NCBI GenBank assembly: GCA_000708835.1
Contig: DF237428.1
Span: 1-64,000 of the forward strand
Direction: 5' to 3'
DNA from: Klebsormidium nitens
Taxonomy: Eukaryota; Plantae; Klebsormidiophyceae
DNA: 64,000 nucleotides
Made by a program: the position numbers and the translations under genes. Each line of letters opens with the position of its first letter. Positions within the stretch are counted from its first letter, which is position 1. Below are positions 38,101 to 50,800 of this stretch, piece after piece. Below the pieces are notes generated by a model, which had not been told where the DNA came from, did no database searches, and saw only the letters and a program-made list of their open reading frames with translations.

Positions 38101-39990
38101 CAATGTGTGAATGGAGCTTTTCAGCTGCAGGATCCTCTCTTCGAAGTGATCAGTTCCAATGAGATGTTCAAGGTTCTGCAAAGAGAGCAACGGCATAATA
38201 TTAGTTTGACGAAGCTCAAACCGTCTCTTGGTGAATTACGACGTTCAATATGCCCGAGTGAGATCGGAGTTCTTAGCGAAGCTAGGAAGTCTTGTATCCC
38301 TGTCCTGGAACTTGCAGACCAACTCTTAGATTGAAAAGAAACAGCTTCAGGTCAGTAATCACAAACCTTTGCCAGAAGAGAAGGGTTCTGGACATTGACA
38401 GCCTGCCGATTCTGCATCACGATGAACCTGCACGAAGCAGCTGAGTATGTCATTGCTGCCTCTTGATCTGCGAACCACAAGCTGCTGCCCACGTGTTGGA
38501 TCTTTGATGCTGCGCCAGAAATGGAGGAAACGGCTTTTTTATTCGGCATCATGTTCGCTTATGCCTTCACATCCTCTATGTAGAGCTTCTTGCCGGTCAA
38601 GGGCTAGGTCAGAGCGTAAAATTCTCAGAGAGACCTGGCTCATGCGCTATGGAGAATTGCCGAAAATCTTCTCACCTGTCTATAGCAGCGATTGGGACGT
38701 TGTGCGCGGACCTTAAGAAGTCGGCTAACTCGTCTTTGCTCATCTTTCTGCATGTCATAAAAGTCCCCTCTTTAGACAATGGTTTTCTTCCGGGCTCCGG
38801 ATTCGTCTCGATTATCGTTGACATGCTTGATCGCTAACCATATTGGAAGATGGAAAGCAGACTTTACTAACCTCTCGGGTTCCTCAGATAGACCTGAGAC
38901 AGAGTAGGTGCTGGTAGTTCCGTGGAGGGTTCTTTTGATTGCGAGCAAGTCCTGCCCTTCTGAATCTTTAAAGTTCAGCTTCACCTGCATGAAGGTCGTT
39001 TTGAAATGCTAGTCGAATGCTAAAACGTGCATTCGACCATTTGCTCATGTAAACGCTAACGAACTTCTGCTGCTTCTGCATTGCAGGACTGGATCTCGGA
39101 AAACTTCATCAAGAGTTCCATGTATAGTGGACACCGGAAATAAGAGGTCGCGCACGTGAAAAGAAGGCAAACAGCTTCAAACTCTGTAAGAAGTAGGGGA
39201 TTTCCTTCTTCCTTTTTGCAGTTTCCGTGTCAAAGACCTCTCCAGATCTTCAATAACTCGGAAGGAGAATAACCTAGACTCGCAGAGAGCTATACGTCTT
39301 ACCAATTCTTGTCGAGATTGCGTACTACTTTACCATTCGGTCTCCGTTCAAGTCTGCAAATGCTTTTCAACTTACAGACCAGCTTACCTCTGCATTTCCT
39401 TGATGTCCAGAAGATAATTGGAGAGAATCATTCACCAGAGCCGCAAGATTTTTCGCTCGCATATTCTTTGTTTGGCCACCAAGAGCGAAGGCAATTGCTT
39501 CTCCGATCACGCTTTTTCCGGTGCCGTTCTTCCCAACCTGTTGAAGGCAAGAATGGAGTTATCTGAGATAAAATATTCCCGTAAAGAACTTGTGCTGACA
39601 TTTGGAGGATGATCAAAAGCTTCCTATGAAGTAGCGCGAAACAAAGTAGCAATTGTATACACATTCTTAGAGATCAATTTCATGAAGCTATATAGAGCAA
39701 GGGTTTCTTAGAGTCTACACAACAATCAATTCTTGTGCTACAAACACCAGAGAACGTCAGCAGGATTTGACAACTCTCACAATGCAGGTAAAGCTCGAAA
39801 GGGGTCCGATCTGTGCTTTGTCCCTGTAAGATTTGAATCCTTGGATGTCGATTGATGCCAGTCGAAGCTGATTTGTGTTCGTTGGTTTGCCAGCTTCAGC
39901 TTGGTCTTCCTCGCAAGAGTTATTCGTTGAGGAAGCATTCCCCGTCCTCTTTTCTTTCGCCACAACCAAGCTTTGTGGTGAAGCCCCCAT
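32161..39990 (-). CDS. Divergent SMC4-like (structural maintenance of chromosomes) ATPase, many short introns
   Basis: N-terminal head LASIDIQGFKSY...IVGKNGTGKS (exons 39990-39781, 39537-39388, 38984-38872, 38747-38676...), LEHLIGTDHFEERI, coiled coils, hinge (FITEDRHTASQVLEYFKANRIG...IVTLSGEIF), C-terminal head LSGGQQALAALALSF..PSPFYFFDEIDGSLD..QYIVVSHKPEVYE, stop at 32161-32163. Not every internal exon was traced. Confidence 0.88.
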
Positions 39991-41399
39991 TTATTTTGTT
40001 TGGAGCTACCAAAGCTGCAGCCGATCCAAGATGACAAAGTCCTCAAAACGATACTGCCATATCTAGCTGTGGCTCTGTACTCCGGTCTTTGTTCCTCTTT
40101 CAACCTGCTTTTCCCCTAGAACCTTAAAGACGTACAGCATACATCATCTGCTACTTCAATGATCCTGATCGGGCTGGTTAATTGCTTACTTTTGGCCGCC
40201 AAGTATCCACTGCATTTACTTGTACCTACTGCATATGAACAGGAAGATGATCAGGGGCGGGTCAAATGTTGCTTGTGACTACATGGGGACTACATTGGCG
40301 CTGCAGATCAAGAGCCAGCAGCGCGGCAGAGTCACCCCGGAAACAAAGCTTACATGTGCACGCTATCTAGGCCAAAAGATCAGAGCTAGGGTTGGTGTTT
40401 AAGCGTTCAGAAGGCTGACGGCGATCTTTGGGACTTAGTCGCACCCTCATCAACCTTTTTCCAGACTGATCATACAAATCGATGAGTTCGTAGGGTGTGA
40501 TATTGCACAGCATTGCTAGCACCGCTTCCCTTTCATCAGACTTGGTAAGATAGTATGTACAGCAACGGAACAAGAGGGAGCGCGCGCTCGCACATCAAGA
40601 TCTGCCGCAACGTAAGCTAAGACCGTACGAGACGTAGCCAGCCCATACGGGATGTGGCAAAGTCATTGTGGCTCGCGGAGATCATCTGGCGTTTTTACAT
40701 TCCAGTCGTTCCGAGAAAGGTTGATTTTTGACTAAGCGTCTTAAGACTGTTCGCACAAGCTGGCTGACTGTCTTCTTCTTTGGGGTTCATAGCATGCGAT
40801 GCCAAGCTTTTGGATGTCAGAGGCGCAAGCACATTGCGACGGCCACATTGCGAACTCGTACCAACTTCATTGAATGTTCAATATATGCTAAAGGAACCAG
40901 TCCGGCCGTTATGACCGCACGAATTCTGACTAAGAATCACATATACTGACAGAAAAGCTGGACGTTCAAGTCTTACCAATGCTATACGTCTTGCGATTGC
41001 AGCATTTCTTCAGTTCGATACTGATATTTGTGTGCCCCTACTGCATGCTTTGCTGACCTTTATCGGCGTGGAGTTTCCACTTTATGGGCAGACCAATGTT
41101 ATGGTAAGCTCTTTCAAGCCTGCTTAAAAGCACTCCAGTAGCTTTTATTGCGACAGTGATCTCGATCCTCTCTATGACATTGCTACTTGGCTACGAGCTC
41201 GTCAGAAACTCACTGCGAGCATAAACAATTGTACCGGATTCAACGCTTTGCGAGACGAGACTGAACGACTTGGCCTACCCGATCACCCACGGTTGGGCTG
41301 GGTGTTTCTAACGTAAGGCCAGTTGACAATTGCCGGTCTTACACTGATTTAACAATACAAAGTCCTGATGGACAGCTTATATCTGTGAATCAAACTTTC

Positions 41400-44300
41400 T
41401 CACGGCGGCAATCCTAGTACCTCGCGCCGTCTCCGCCGGTTGTGCCCCCGGTTGACCCCGCGAACTTTTCGACCGATCGCTTGCCAGATCATCTGCTCGC
41501 TGCCAAACCGTTGAGGGGGGTAGCCGTACTCAAAGTACTTGTCCACCTGCAGGTTGTTGAGAAGACTGGCTAAAATACCGAAATTGAAATCTAATTCACG
41601 GTTTGCAAGAAAGTCCAAGAGGGATAATTAGCAGCTTTATCCTTGCATTTTCGGCATTGGTGAAGTTTTGAAATCACGAGAACGAGAGAGAACTAAGGAG
41701 AGTTGCCGTACCGAAGAGATCGATAGCGACAGCATCATTGTTCAAATCACGCGCCAAGAGAAGAGTAGGTAGGTGCTTTAAACAACGCATGGCTCGAGGC
41801 GTTCACTGATTCGCCTCACGGTGTTTCCGGAACTTATGTATTGATCTCGAAAGGGATGCTCCTGTCGAATTCTACAGCCAGTTTGGAAAACCGGCTACCA
41901 CAATCACCATGTGTGTGTTGCGCAAGCTGTGTCTAAAGAGGCGCGAGATTGACAGATTATCTTGGTCATTGTCAGCAAACTTCGTCGCTCCTTGAGCGTC
42001 AGATGCTGACACGTGTCGCGTCGACGTACCTCCTTCAGGCGCTGCCACATGGCCTCCCACTCTGTTTGCGTGACATTCCGCAACGTCCCGACCAGATACC
42101 CCGGCTGAACGGCGCGTTCCGCCGGAACGAAGATCGCGAACCGGGTATAATCGAGAACGTCCTCAAAGGGCAGCTCGAGTTGGTCGCTCACCACAACCGG
42201 GACGCAGTGACTAGCGATGGCGTCGAAAAGGCGACACGAGGACGGGGTGTCACCTAAATTAAGAGAACCCTGTTTAGCGCGATTGCTGCATCCTCCTCAG
42301 ATGTAATCAAGAATAGCCTTCTATGCCCCCGCTCACGCAACCGGGGCGCGGTGGTTTCCAATGGCGTTGAACACCAGCATGAAAAGACGTGTTCGCAAGG
42401 TTCTGGTGGTAGTATGGAAATTCCCAACTCGCTTTCTCTGATGTTTGGAAGGCTTTCTCTGGATGTTTGGAAGGAGCTCAAAAGTTTTCGATGGTTAAGA
42501 AGCACTGAATAAGACGGCAATTCAGTAGCTTCCTCATCTTCGGTCGCTCTAACTGGTTGGTTCAAGAATGAGAAGCTGACAGATTCACCCCTTCCGAGGA
42601 GTAATTGGATTCTACCTATTTCCTTTCCGGCGTCTTCCTCATAGTGGCACAGACCGTTTGCGGTTCCGCCGGAACTCACCCGCGGGCATGAGGCAGAAGC
42701 GCGAGTCGCGCATCCGTGTCGCCGCGTCGGCCACGCCAACCGAGCTGGGCCGCCCGGGCTGCATCACGACGCCCGTCTCCCGGCCCAGCACGCCGAGCAG
42801 CTCCTGCCGGACGGCGCCGCCCTGGAAGGAAAAAGAGGGCGACCGTGAGAAACTTGTGAATCGACTTGTTAGACAGAAGGTACTGCAGGTCTTTCAAATC
42901 GGGCCGTCTGCGCAACTCGATTCCGCGTCGTATAGAGATTGTCCGCCGTTCGAGTAAGCAGATGCACGCTCCGGATGGCTTGAGTATTGCGAATGTGCAA
43001 ATCGAAGTCAAAGGGAGCGGCCAAGTTCACAGAACCTGTGCTACAAGATAAAGCGGGGTTCGGACCGGATGAGATATCAAGGGGATGGTTCTGACGACAG
43101 GATTTTGCGAGGATCAAGATGGTGGTTCGGCATTGAACAAGGGCGCGCGGTGTTTTGGTGGCAGAGTTGGCGGAGATTTTGAGAAGTTGGAAGCAAGAGA
43201 GCTTCGGAAGGCGTGAAGGCACCGGCAAAGGTGAGACATCTCGTGCACAGATCGATGCCGGCCTCACCGCTTTCCGCTGCAGCTGGCCCTGAAAGAAGAG
43301 AAGGCTCTTGCGGGCTTCCCAACCGGCGGAATCCTCCACGTACGTGGGCACCATGTGCTTATACGGCGCGACGATGTCCTTTGCTTCGTTAGAGACCTGC
43401 GAGCCAGACCAGATTGTTGACTTACGATGTGATCGTATCCCAGTTATTGATTGTATCCAAGTTGTCAATCCAGCGACGCGGAAGAGGAACTCTACGCTCG
43501 GAGGTCACCCATGAAAGGAGTACAGACGTCAGGCTTCGGGCGACTCTATGGCGAGTTGTGGAGTAGTCGACCCGTTGCTTCGGCCGTCTTGCGAGAGCAA
43601 GCGTGCACGCCCCCTTTATAACAGCGGCTTCATGAGCGGGACGTTCGCCCCAATAGAGACTTTTTCGTTTTCTTGTGTGTTAAAAACCCCTTCGTGCGAC
43701 TGCCGAGCTCGCAACCGCAAAGATTGGCAAACCTTGGGTGCCCTTCGAAGTGAGAAAGAGTCCCTGTGATCACATGCATCTTGTATCATTCAAAAGTCTT
43801 TCCCTCTCACCTTTCGCGGCTGGCGTCCGAAGTCCGCCACAATGAAGCGCGCGCTGCGCAGCATGTGCGCGCACAGATTCAGCGCGTTAGGATGGTGCAC
43901 GGGGATCACGTGGTCCGAGCCGCCGGACGCCTTCCAGGGGGGCTGCTGCGTCAGCCAATCAACGAAAGCCAGCTGTACGCTCCTGCAGGCCGAATCTTGA
44001 ATCTCACAGACGGCACGGAAAATATCGAAACTTGGGGGGTGATCCACTTGAGGCTATGATTTTCGCCAACGCTTGATTTTGGCGAACGTCGAAGTGATAT
44101 GCGTCTTCGCGAGCATACAAGGAAGGAATGAGGTACTGACAATTGAATTTGTATCTCTTCTTCCGACAGAAGCCGTAATATTTATGTGGGTATTCAGAAG
44201 ATAGATACGAGGTACTAGAAGAAGAGCATTTGACAGACAGCGGACAAAGTCTCGACGAACTACAAAGCTTGGGCGTTCTTCATTTCGAGGCCAAACCATT

Positions 44301-45271
44301 CAACCCGAGAACTTTGTGCTTATCTCTATCCCAAGATCCATAGTAGAGACGTTGGCCCTTCTTGAAGGAAGAGAATCTCAACGATCTGTGAAGGAGGAAA
44401 CAGCGAAGGACGTGATCGAAACCTACGTCATGTAGCTTCCAAACTGCGCAATGATATCATCACCAAAGTCAGCTCGATACGGTCCTCACCTCTGTTCCAT
44501 GATGCTTCTGTGCGAGTTTCCGTTGTAACTCAGGCTCGAGAAGAACGGCACAAAAAACACGTCAGCATCTTTTGGGTCCGCCACCCTGACGGCCGCTCTT
44601 TCCCAGTTCGCTCTAGTTGCATTGTGGTGCGCAGCTGACAGTAGATCCAACGTCAGCCAGAAAGCGATGCTGTGCTGCTTTCTTGAAACGCTGCCCGGGT
44701 ACAAAGGATAGCTGATTCCACCTATGTTCACGCCATTGGTAGTGTTTGAGAATCGAGAATGTTCCCAACTTTTGTCTATTATGCCCCAGTTGAATTGCGC
44801 CGGAAGATCGTACATGTAGACTCTCAGCGGGCCTCCCAACTGCTCAGCAGAATCTATGCTGTTTTTCGCTGACTTTGCAGGACTGGTCATTTGTAGCAAC
44901 TTGGAAACGATCCCCGCGATCCCCGCCCGCCCAAACGGCCAGCCAATCCCAGCAGGCCGCACCGTGGTGCTTCTCTCAAACGTATACTTATACTCAATGA
45001 CTTCTCTCCCTTCCAACATTTCCCCGCCCAACTCCTGCCCGACCCCACCAATCCTTGTCCCGTATCGCCGCGCTGACGTCAACCTCGGCTCCGCTGACGT
45101 CAGCCAGCTTGCCCCGCCCTCCTGCGCGCGCGTCACCAGGTCCCGGTGTGCGGCAAAGAGCATGAACGCCAGCGGGATGCTCAGGGCCAGTGCAATGGCG
45201 TAGAAGCGACCCACGGGGTGGAGGGCTCGCAGTTGGCAGTAGCGCAGCCGCCATTGGAAGAGCTGAGCCAT
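41400..45271 (-). CDS. Exostosin-family glycosyltransferase GT47 (ARAD1-like), type II membrane protein, 6 exons
   Basis: Exons 45271-44490, 43982-43811, 43396-43268, 42821-42680, 42253-42030 and 41546-41400. N-terminal TM; [88 protein letters not shown]. Confidence 0.92.
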
Positions 45272-47859
45272 GGTGACAGGGGTTCTGCTAACATCAACAC
45301 ATGATCCCTAGCAGTATGTTCCAAGGGCGAGGCTCCTTTTCAAATTGTGGCAGCTCGTCGTTTGACTCTTCCCTTATATCAAGGCTGAGGATCTTGGCAG
45401 GAGTTGTGAGTAGGCCCTAAGGTATGCTAGCACAGAAGTAGCTCCGCAACACTTTGAAACGAACGATTGCGGTCAGTAGACGCCCCCTGAAAATGCCGAT
45501 GTAACTGCTCAGCTTCTGTCCAGCTCAGCCAACTCCCGTCAAGACTGAGCTGCCTTCCCCGTTGAACAACGCACCAGGAGCCGATTGCCTCGAGCTCGTC
45601 ATGTCTTCTCAAAGCTGCAGCTGTTCGTGCCACTCAAAGATACAGAATCGATGCAGAGGAACGAGGCTCCCCTTCTGTTCATAGTATGCAGATCTCAGAT
45701 CGCTCCCTTAGCAGCGGCTTTCCAGGCCCCCCGGACTGTCACATGTGCCACATGTCTCCTGGGCTGTACCACCTTCGTTCTTTCCAACGAAATTCGGGCG
45801 GAGCTGACCGATGCGACTTCTGCAGTAGGCTATAGCAGACACTGCCGGAATCAACGATTCAATCCGCTATAGCCTTCCGATGAACTGAGCTCTACTAATA
45901 CCTAGGAGTAGCTAAGCCTAGAGCCACGAATGCAGATTCTCCATTGTCCGAGTCGATCCAGCGCGGCTGCTCTCCAGCTGGTCTGACAAGATTCTTGAAA
46001 GCGTCAGATCACGCCGTGCAAGTGCGATTCAAGAGTGTCAATGGAATGCATATGCCCTTCTTCAAAGAGCCAGCATATGCGTATATGCAAGGAAATATAT
46101 TGGAGGCATAGTGATTCAATGTTCACATCAGGTATGACAACCTAGACCCTAATTTGGCTGCTTTAATTTGACCTATAGTACCTACCTAGTTCCCCAGTAG
46201 CTTAAAATGCATTACCGGTACCTAATGGTACTGCTAATGGTACTGCTTTGATCTTGCATGGTTGGCAAGAAGCACGTGGGAGTTGCGGGCCTGATTTCAA
46301 GTGTGGGACTCGCATATGAGCAGCATCTCGGTGCCTGAAAGATTTCTGGCCGTCTGGAATGCAGCTGAAGCCAGCTGAAGACACAGGTCTAGACTCTGCC
46401 AGTGTGAAACCTCAACAAAGTTTGCATCGCCGCGCGCGGCGGCGCGGGCATTGCGGATTCCGTCATCGCAACCGCTTGTTTCTTAATCGGACGGTCAATC
46501 ATGCAGCTTGTGTAACTTGTGTAACAGCGCGCGTCAACTGCCCCCGTATCGTGGTTGCCTTTGACATAGGCGGTTATTAGTTGGCCGGTGTTGTAGATAT
46601 TTTGAACACGTACACCTCCGATGATCAGGAGATTGCAGTACCTAGTACTGGCATCCGAAGCAGAGGTAAGTATGTAGTACGACAGCATGCATGGCTAGCA
46701 CGGGTTTAAAATTGATGACATCAGATATAGGCCGCCTGGGCCCAGCCAGGAAATTTGCTGATCCGGCATGGCGGCCGCTAGCTGGGGTCAATTAGTATTG
46801 CATGATCATGACGTCCTGCATGATGGCTCTAAATGCACGACTAGTTGCAGGTTACCCCTCGGTTCAGCTTGAATCATTGTGACTTGCTTACTTGCAGGCT
46901 ATACAATTAACAATTAAGCTCGATCACTCGATGTTGCCAATCAATGTCGAACATCGAGACTCAATTTCTCTGCCAAGACTTGGCGACTAGTCAATTGCAT
47001 TGCTAGAATTGTAATCATGCATGCAAATCGATCTCAGTACACGCATGTTTTGCATACGAATACCTGTACCGCACACCATGGCCGTGGCAAGCTTTCTGCA
47101 TGCATCGAAGAATCTATTGAACCAGCTAGGGGCCCGCGGCCAACTATACAATCGGAGCATTGGTTCTCCACGCGTATATACGTCATGCACGTAGCAGTAT
47201 ATTAGAGGTATATTAATAAATAAAGTCGCGGCGTAGGTTGGCTACCACGTCTTCATGATCTAGTCAACTCAAACGGGCATGAACTGTCATGTGTACGCAG
47301 GGCCCACCCAGGGCCCATTGCCAGGTTGCGTCGGCGTCAACTCTACCGCCCAAATGCATGCTTGAGTTGATGTCCAAAATATGCATCAAGTCAGGCCTGA
47401 GGCACGGTGACCAACATAAGCACGTGTAGCACGGCATGACGATTTTGATATACTGCGCAAGGCCCGGCCTACCCTATAATGCTCCTGTTGGTGATTTGAC
47501 GGCCCATGATTCGCAATTTTGGATGAAGAATGATTTGCAGCTCTTTGAATGTTGTCGTAATACACCGGAGTCGAAAAACAGATTCTACGGAGACCCTCTC
47601 AGTAAGTCTCTTTTCTCCATTGGCAAAAAAGAATGGAAAACGAGGCGAGATACCATATAGCTGCTGACCGGCCCACTCCCTGTCGATGTTTGTTGCTCAG
47701 CACGTTGCTCATGCGAGCTGCATAACTGGCAAAGCCACATGACTTCGGCTTGCGTTAGCGACACCCGAAATCCTCGCTTGGAACAACTTCGAGACAATGG
47801 CAACCAACCTCCAATTGATCCCTTATTCTGGATGTACCACCCTAAGCCTCAGCTCTCCG

Positions 47860-50800
47860 CTAGCTCAAACTAGCTGCCAACGCCGTCGCCTGCGCTTGAA
47901 CAACTTTCACCGCCTGTTCCGCCACCGCCCGACTCCGTGCTTCCTCCGCCCACTTCTTCACTAAAGTCTCCGCCCCGGTCCCCTTAAATGCGCTCTCCAA
48001 AACTTTCGCCACCTCCGTAAGCTCCCCATGCGCGAGCAGCGCCTCCGCCCGCGCCAGGGCTGCGTCTGATGTGGCAGCGTTTGGTTGGCTACCGTTCTGA
48101 GGTGCCGGTTCCTTGACCTTGAGTGTGGATGCGGCCCATGCGAGCGCGTGCGCCAGCATGCCCCCGCCGCCCGGGGGGAGGAGGACCAACTGCTTCGCGC
48201 GGCCTTGCAGCGCTTCGAACTGCACGGGGTTGTGAAAGAAGGGTTACAAATCCAGGCCGGCTCAGCTTGCTTAGGCGAAGGCTGCAGCGAAAACTTGACC
48301 TGATTTGAAGGAGACGCTCTGCAATGCCTTACGTCTGGGCCAAGAAGATATTCTGGTGCATCACAGACCAACTTTACAGATCTGCAATTGGACGACTCGC
48401 TTGGTGAAACAGTACACAACTCTCCCGACGCTCAAGTACCATCAAAGTGGTCTCTTGAGGGCGTGCCCCATCAGGAAGCGTTCGATGCCAAGCGCTTTCT
48501 ATTACGACGTTGTCTGCATGATACACTTACTAGGTACACATATCCCACACATGCTGGTGCCGCAAGAGTCCTATAGAACAGTCGAGGGTTCACAGACGGC
48601 TCTCGTAAACACCGGCAGGTTCAATATATTATTGAGTAGGCTTTGCGACGGCAGTCTGCTGAGAATCTCGGCACCGTCAGAATTGACACGAACGGGCATG
48701 GAAACGCCCTTGATTTGGATGGTATCCAATTCCTACCCGCTCTTGCAGCTCCGCTCTCGTGGGCGCCCCTGTCTCCGCAACGACGGCCGGAACCGACGTG
48801 AGCGCGGCCATGACGAGGGGATCCCCCTCGTCCACCGCCGCTGCCAGCAGACGGACCTCCTCCTTCAGCGGCTGCCCGCTCTCTAGAGCGTCTTCCAATG
48901 CGAACGCGCCCTGCAAAGCAAAGAGTCAACAATGTGTTTCTAGAAGCCTCATGCAAAGGAAAGAGCCAACACATGTGGCTTTGAAAGCGTCAAGTTTGAG
49001 CGCTTGCAACATCATCTCAAGTGGGCACACGCATGTGACGTAATGTCAGAAGACGACGGAAATTGTTGTCGCCCTGCTCCTCGAACAGGAGTGTATACAG
49101 CAAGTCAAGATACTGCGAGAGCGACTTCAGAAACGACACTCGAGGCTGGAAAACAAAGCAGTGGGCACTCAAGACCACGCGTTTACTCCAGTCTCTTTTT
49201 GTGTCCTTGAGTTAGGCCGAAGCATACGACACGGCCGAAAGTGCGGCTTCAAAAGCGATACAAGTCGAGGAAGGTAACTAAGCTGAAGGTTATCCTGGCG
49301 TCTCGCATATGCTCTCGTCAATTCACAAGCATTCCAACCTGACCAGAACATGCACCTCAAAGAAAGATGCGAGCTTCGGTAATCTCGCCTACAATGTGGT
49401 CAATGAACGAGTATCTGTGCAAGGGCAAAACTTGCACATTTGAGATCAATAGACAGACAGCAGTTGCCAAACGACGTGGGGGCTCACCAAGGCAAGCTTG
49501 TGGGCGGTGTGGCTCTTCTGCGCTTCCCGAGATCGGCTGCTGAAAGCGTCCTGGAGGGCGTTCACCTACAAAACGAGAAGAAGGACGACCAGTCAATCAC
49601 ATAAGGCTTGCTACTCGAAGGGGCTTGAAAGCACCGGCTGAGGCATTTACCTGCGGATGACACTAGAGGGGCCGTATCAGCCAGCCACTCTTGCTACAGC
49701 TCTTTGCGTTCAATCTGCCGCCCTCGAAACCTTGAACTCTCGCGCGAGGCACAATCTTGGACTGTACCTTTGGCAGGACCGGCTGATCGACTGGTGTAGA
49801 TGAGGTACTGAAGGTCGAGAAGTGAGGGGGAAAGTGGCGAGGATGACGCAAGAGGCTGTGAGAAAAGTAAAGCAACGGCTAAACTGCAGCAAACTCATTG
49901 GACTTGAAGATCGGACGCACAAACCCTTCCCAAGTACCATTCCAGACGGCAGAAACCTCTTTAGAAAACCGTAGTCAGCCACCCAAAGCATCCTCCTACC
50001 TGCATCCGTAGTTCATCCAGCTGCTCTGCCCGTTCCTTCCTCTCGTCCGCAACCGTCAGCGCGGCTTTCGCGGCCGCAGTGGTCCGCACTTTCTCGATCA
50101 GAGCCTCTGTCTCGCGCAGCGCCGCCTGCAGCGCCGCAATGCGCTTCTCCTCCCCGCGCCGCCACTGGTCGTGCAGCGCCGCACGGTATGCGGCCTTCTT
50201 GCGGGTCAGGTCCTGCACATAATGTATACAAACTTTGAGGATATGCGACGTGTTGGCGTTTTGAGAAAGTTGTGCCTTCCGTAAAACCACCTGCATGGAA
50301 TGTGCTTCTCCTCCTCGCGCCGCCACTAATCATGCGGCGCCGCACGGAAGGCGGCCTTCTTGCGGGTCAGATCTCTGCCCACCAGTAATCAGACTTTCAC
50401 ATTGTTGCACTCTCGTTGTCAGGTAGATCCCCTGCGGCATCGCAACGAGCATCTGTCCCCCGCCGTGCCACTGATCGTGCAGCACAGCACGACATGTGCC
50501 CGTCAATCCTAACGAGAAAGACGTTTGTTTAAAAACGTGCGGATTTCTCAGGGTGTTCAAGTGGTAAGGGCTCTGTCTCGCGCCAGGAGGATAAACATGG
50601 AAAGAAGCGGAAACCCGGGCTCACCCTCTCAAGCTTGTGCACGATCTGCGCGTGCCGGAGCGCCTCCGCCCGCGCGTCCGCCAGCTCCACCCGGTGCTCC
50701 TCGTGCAGCTCCGCGATCTCGCGCTGGAACGCCTCCGAGTCGGCCTCCGCCTGCCCACGCACCGCCTCCTGTACCGCCTGCGACAAAGACCGACGACCAC

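Noticed and set aside
844-45271. Pectin gene cluster (GH28 plus GT47)
   Set aside because: The two genes are 36 kb apart with unrelated genes between them, and both families are large.
46200-47450. Intergenic stretch rich in CATG/CTAG/TGCA palindromes, short tandem motifs and ORF 46389-46688
   Set aside because: No terminal repeats, target-site duplication or recognisable domain, so I cannot call a mobile element by eye.
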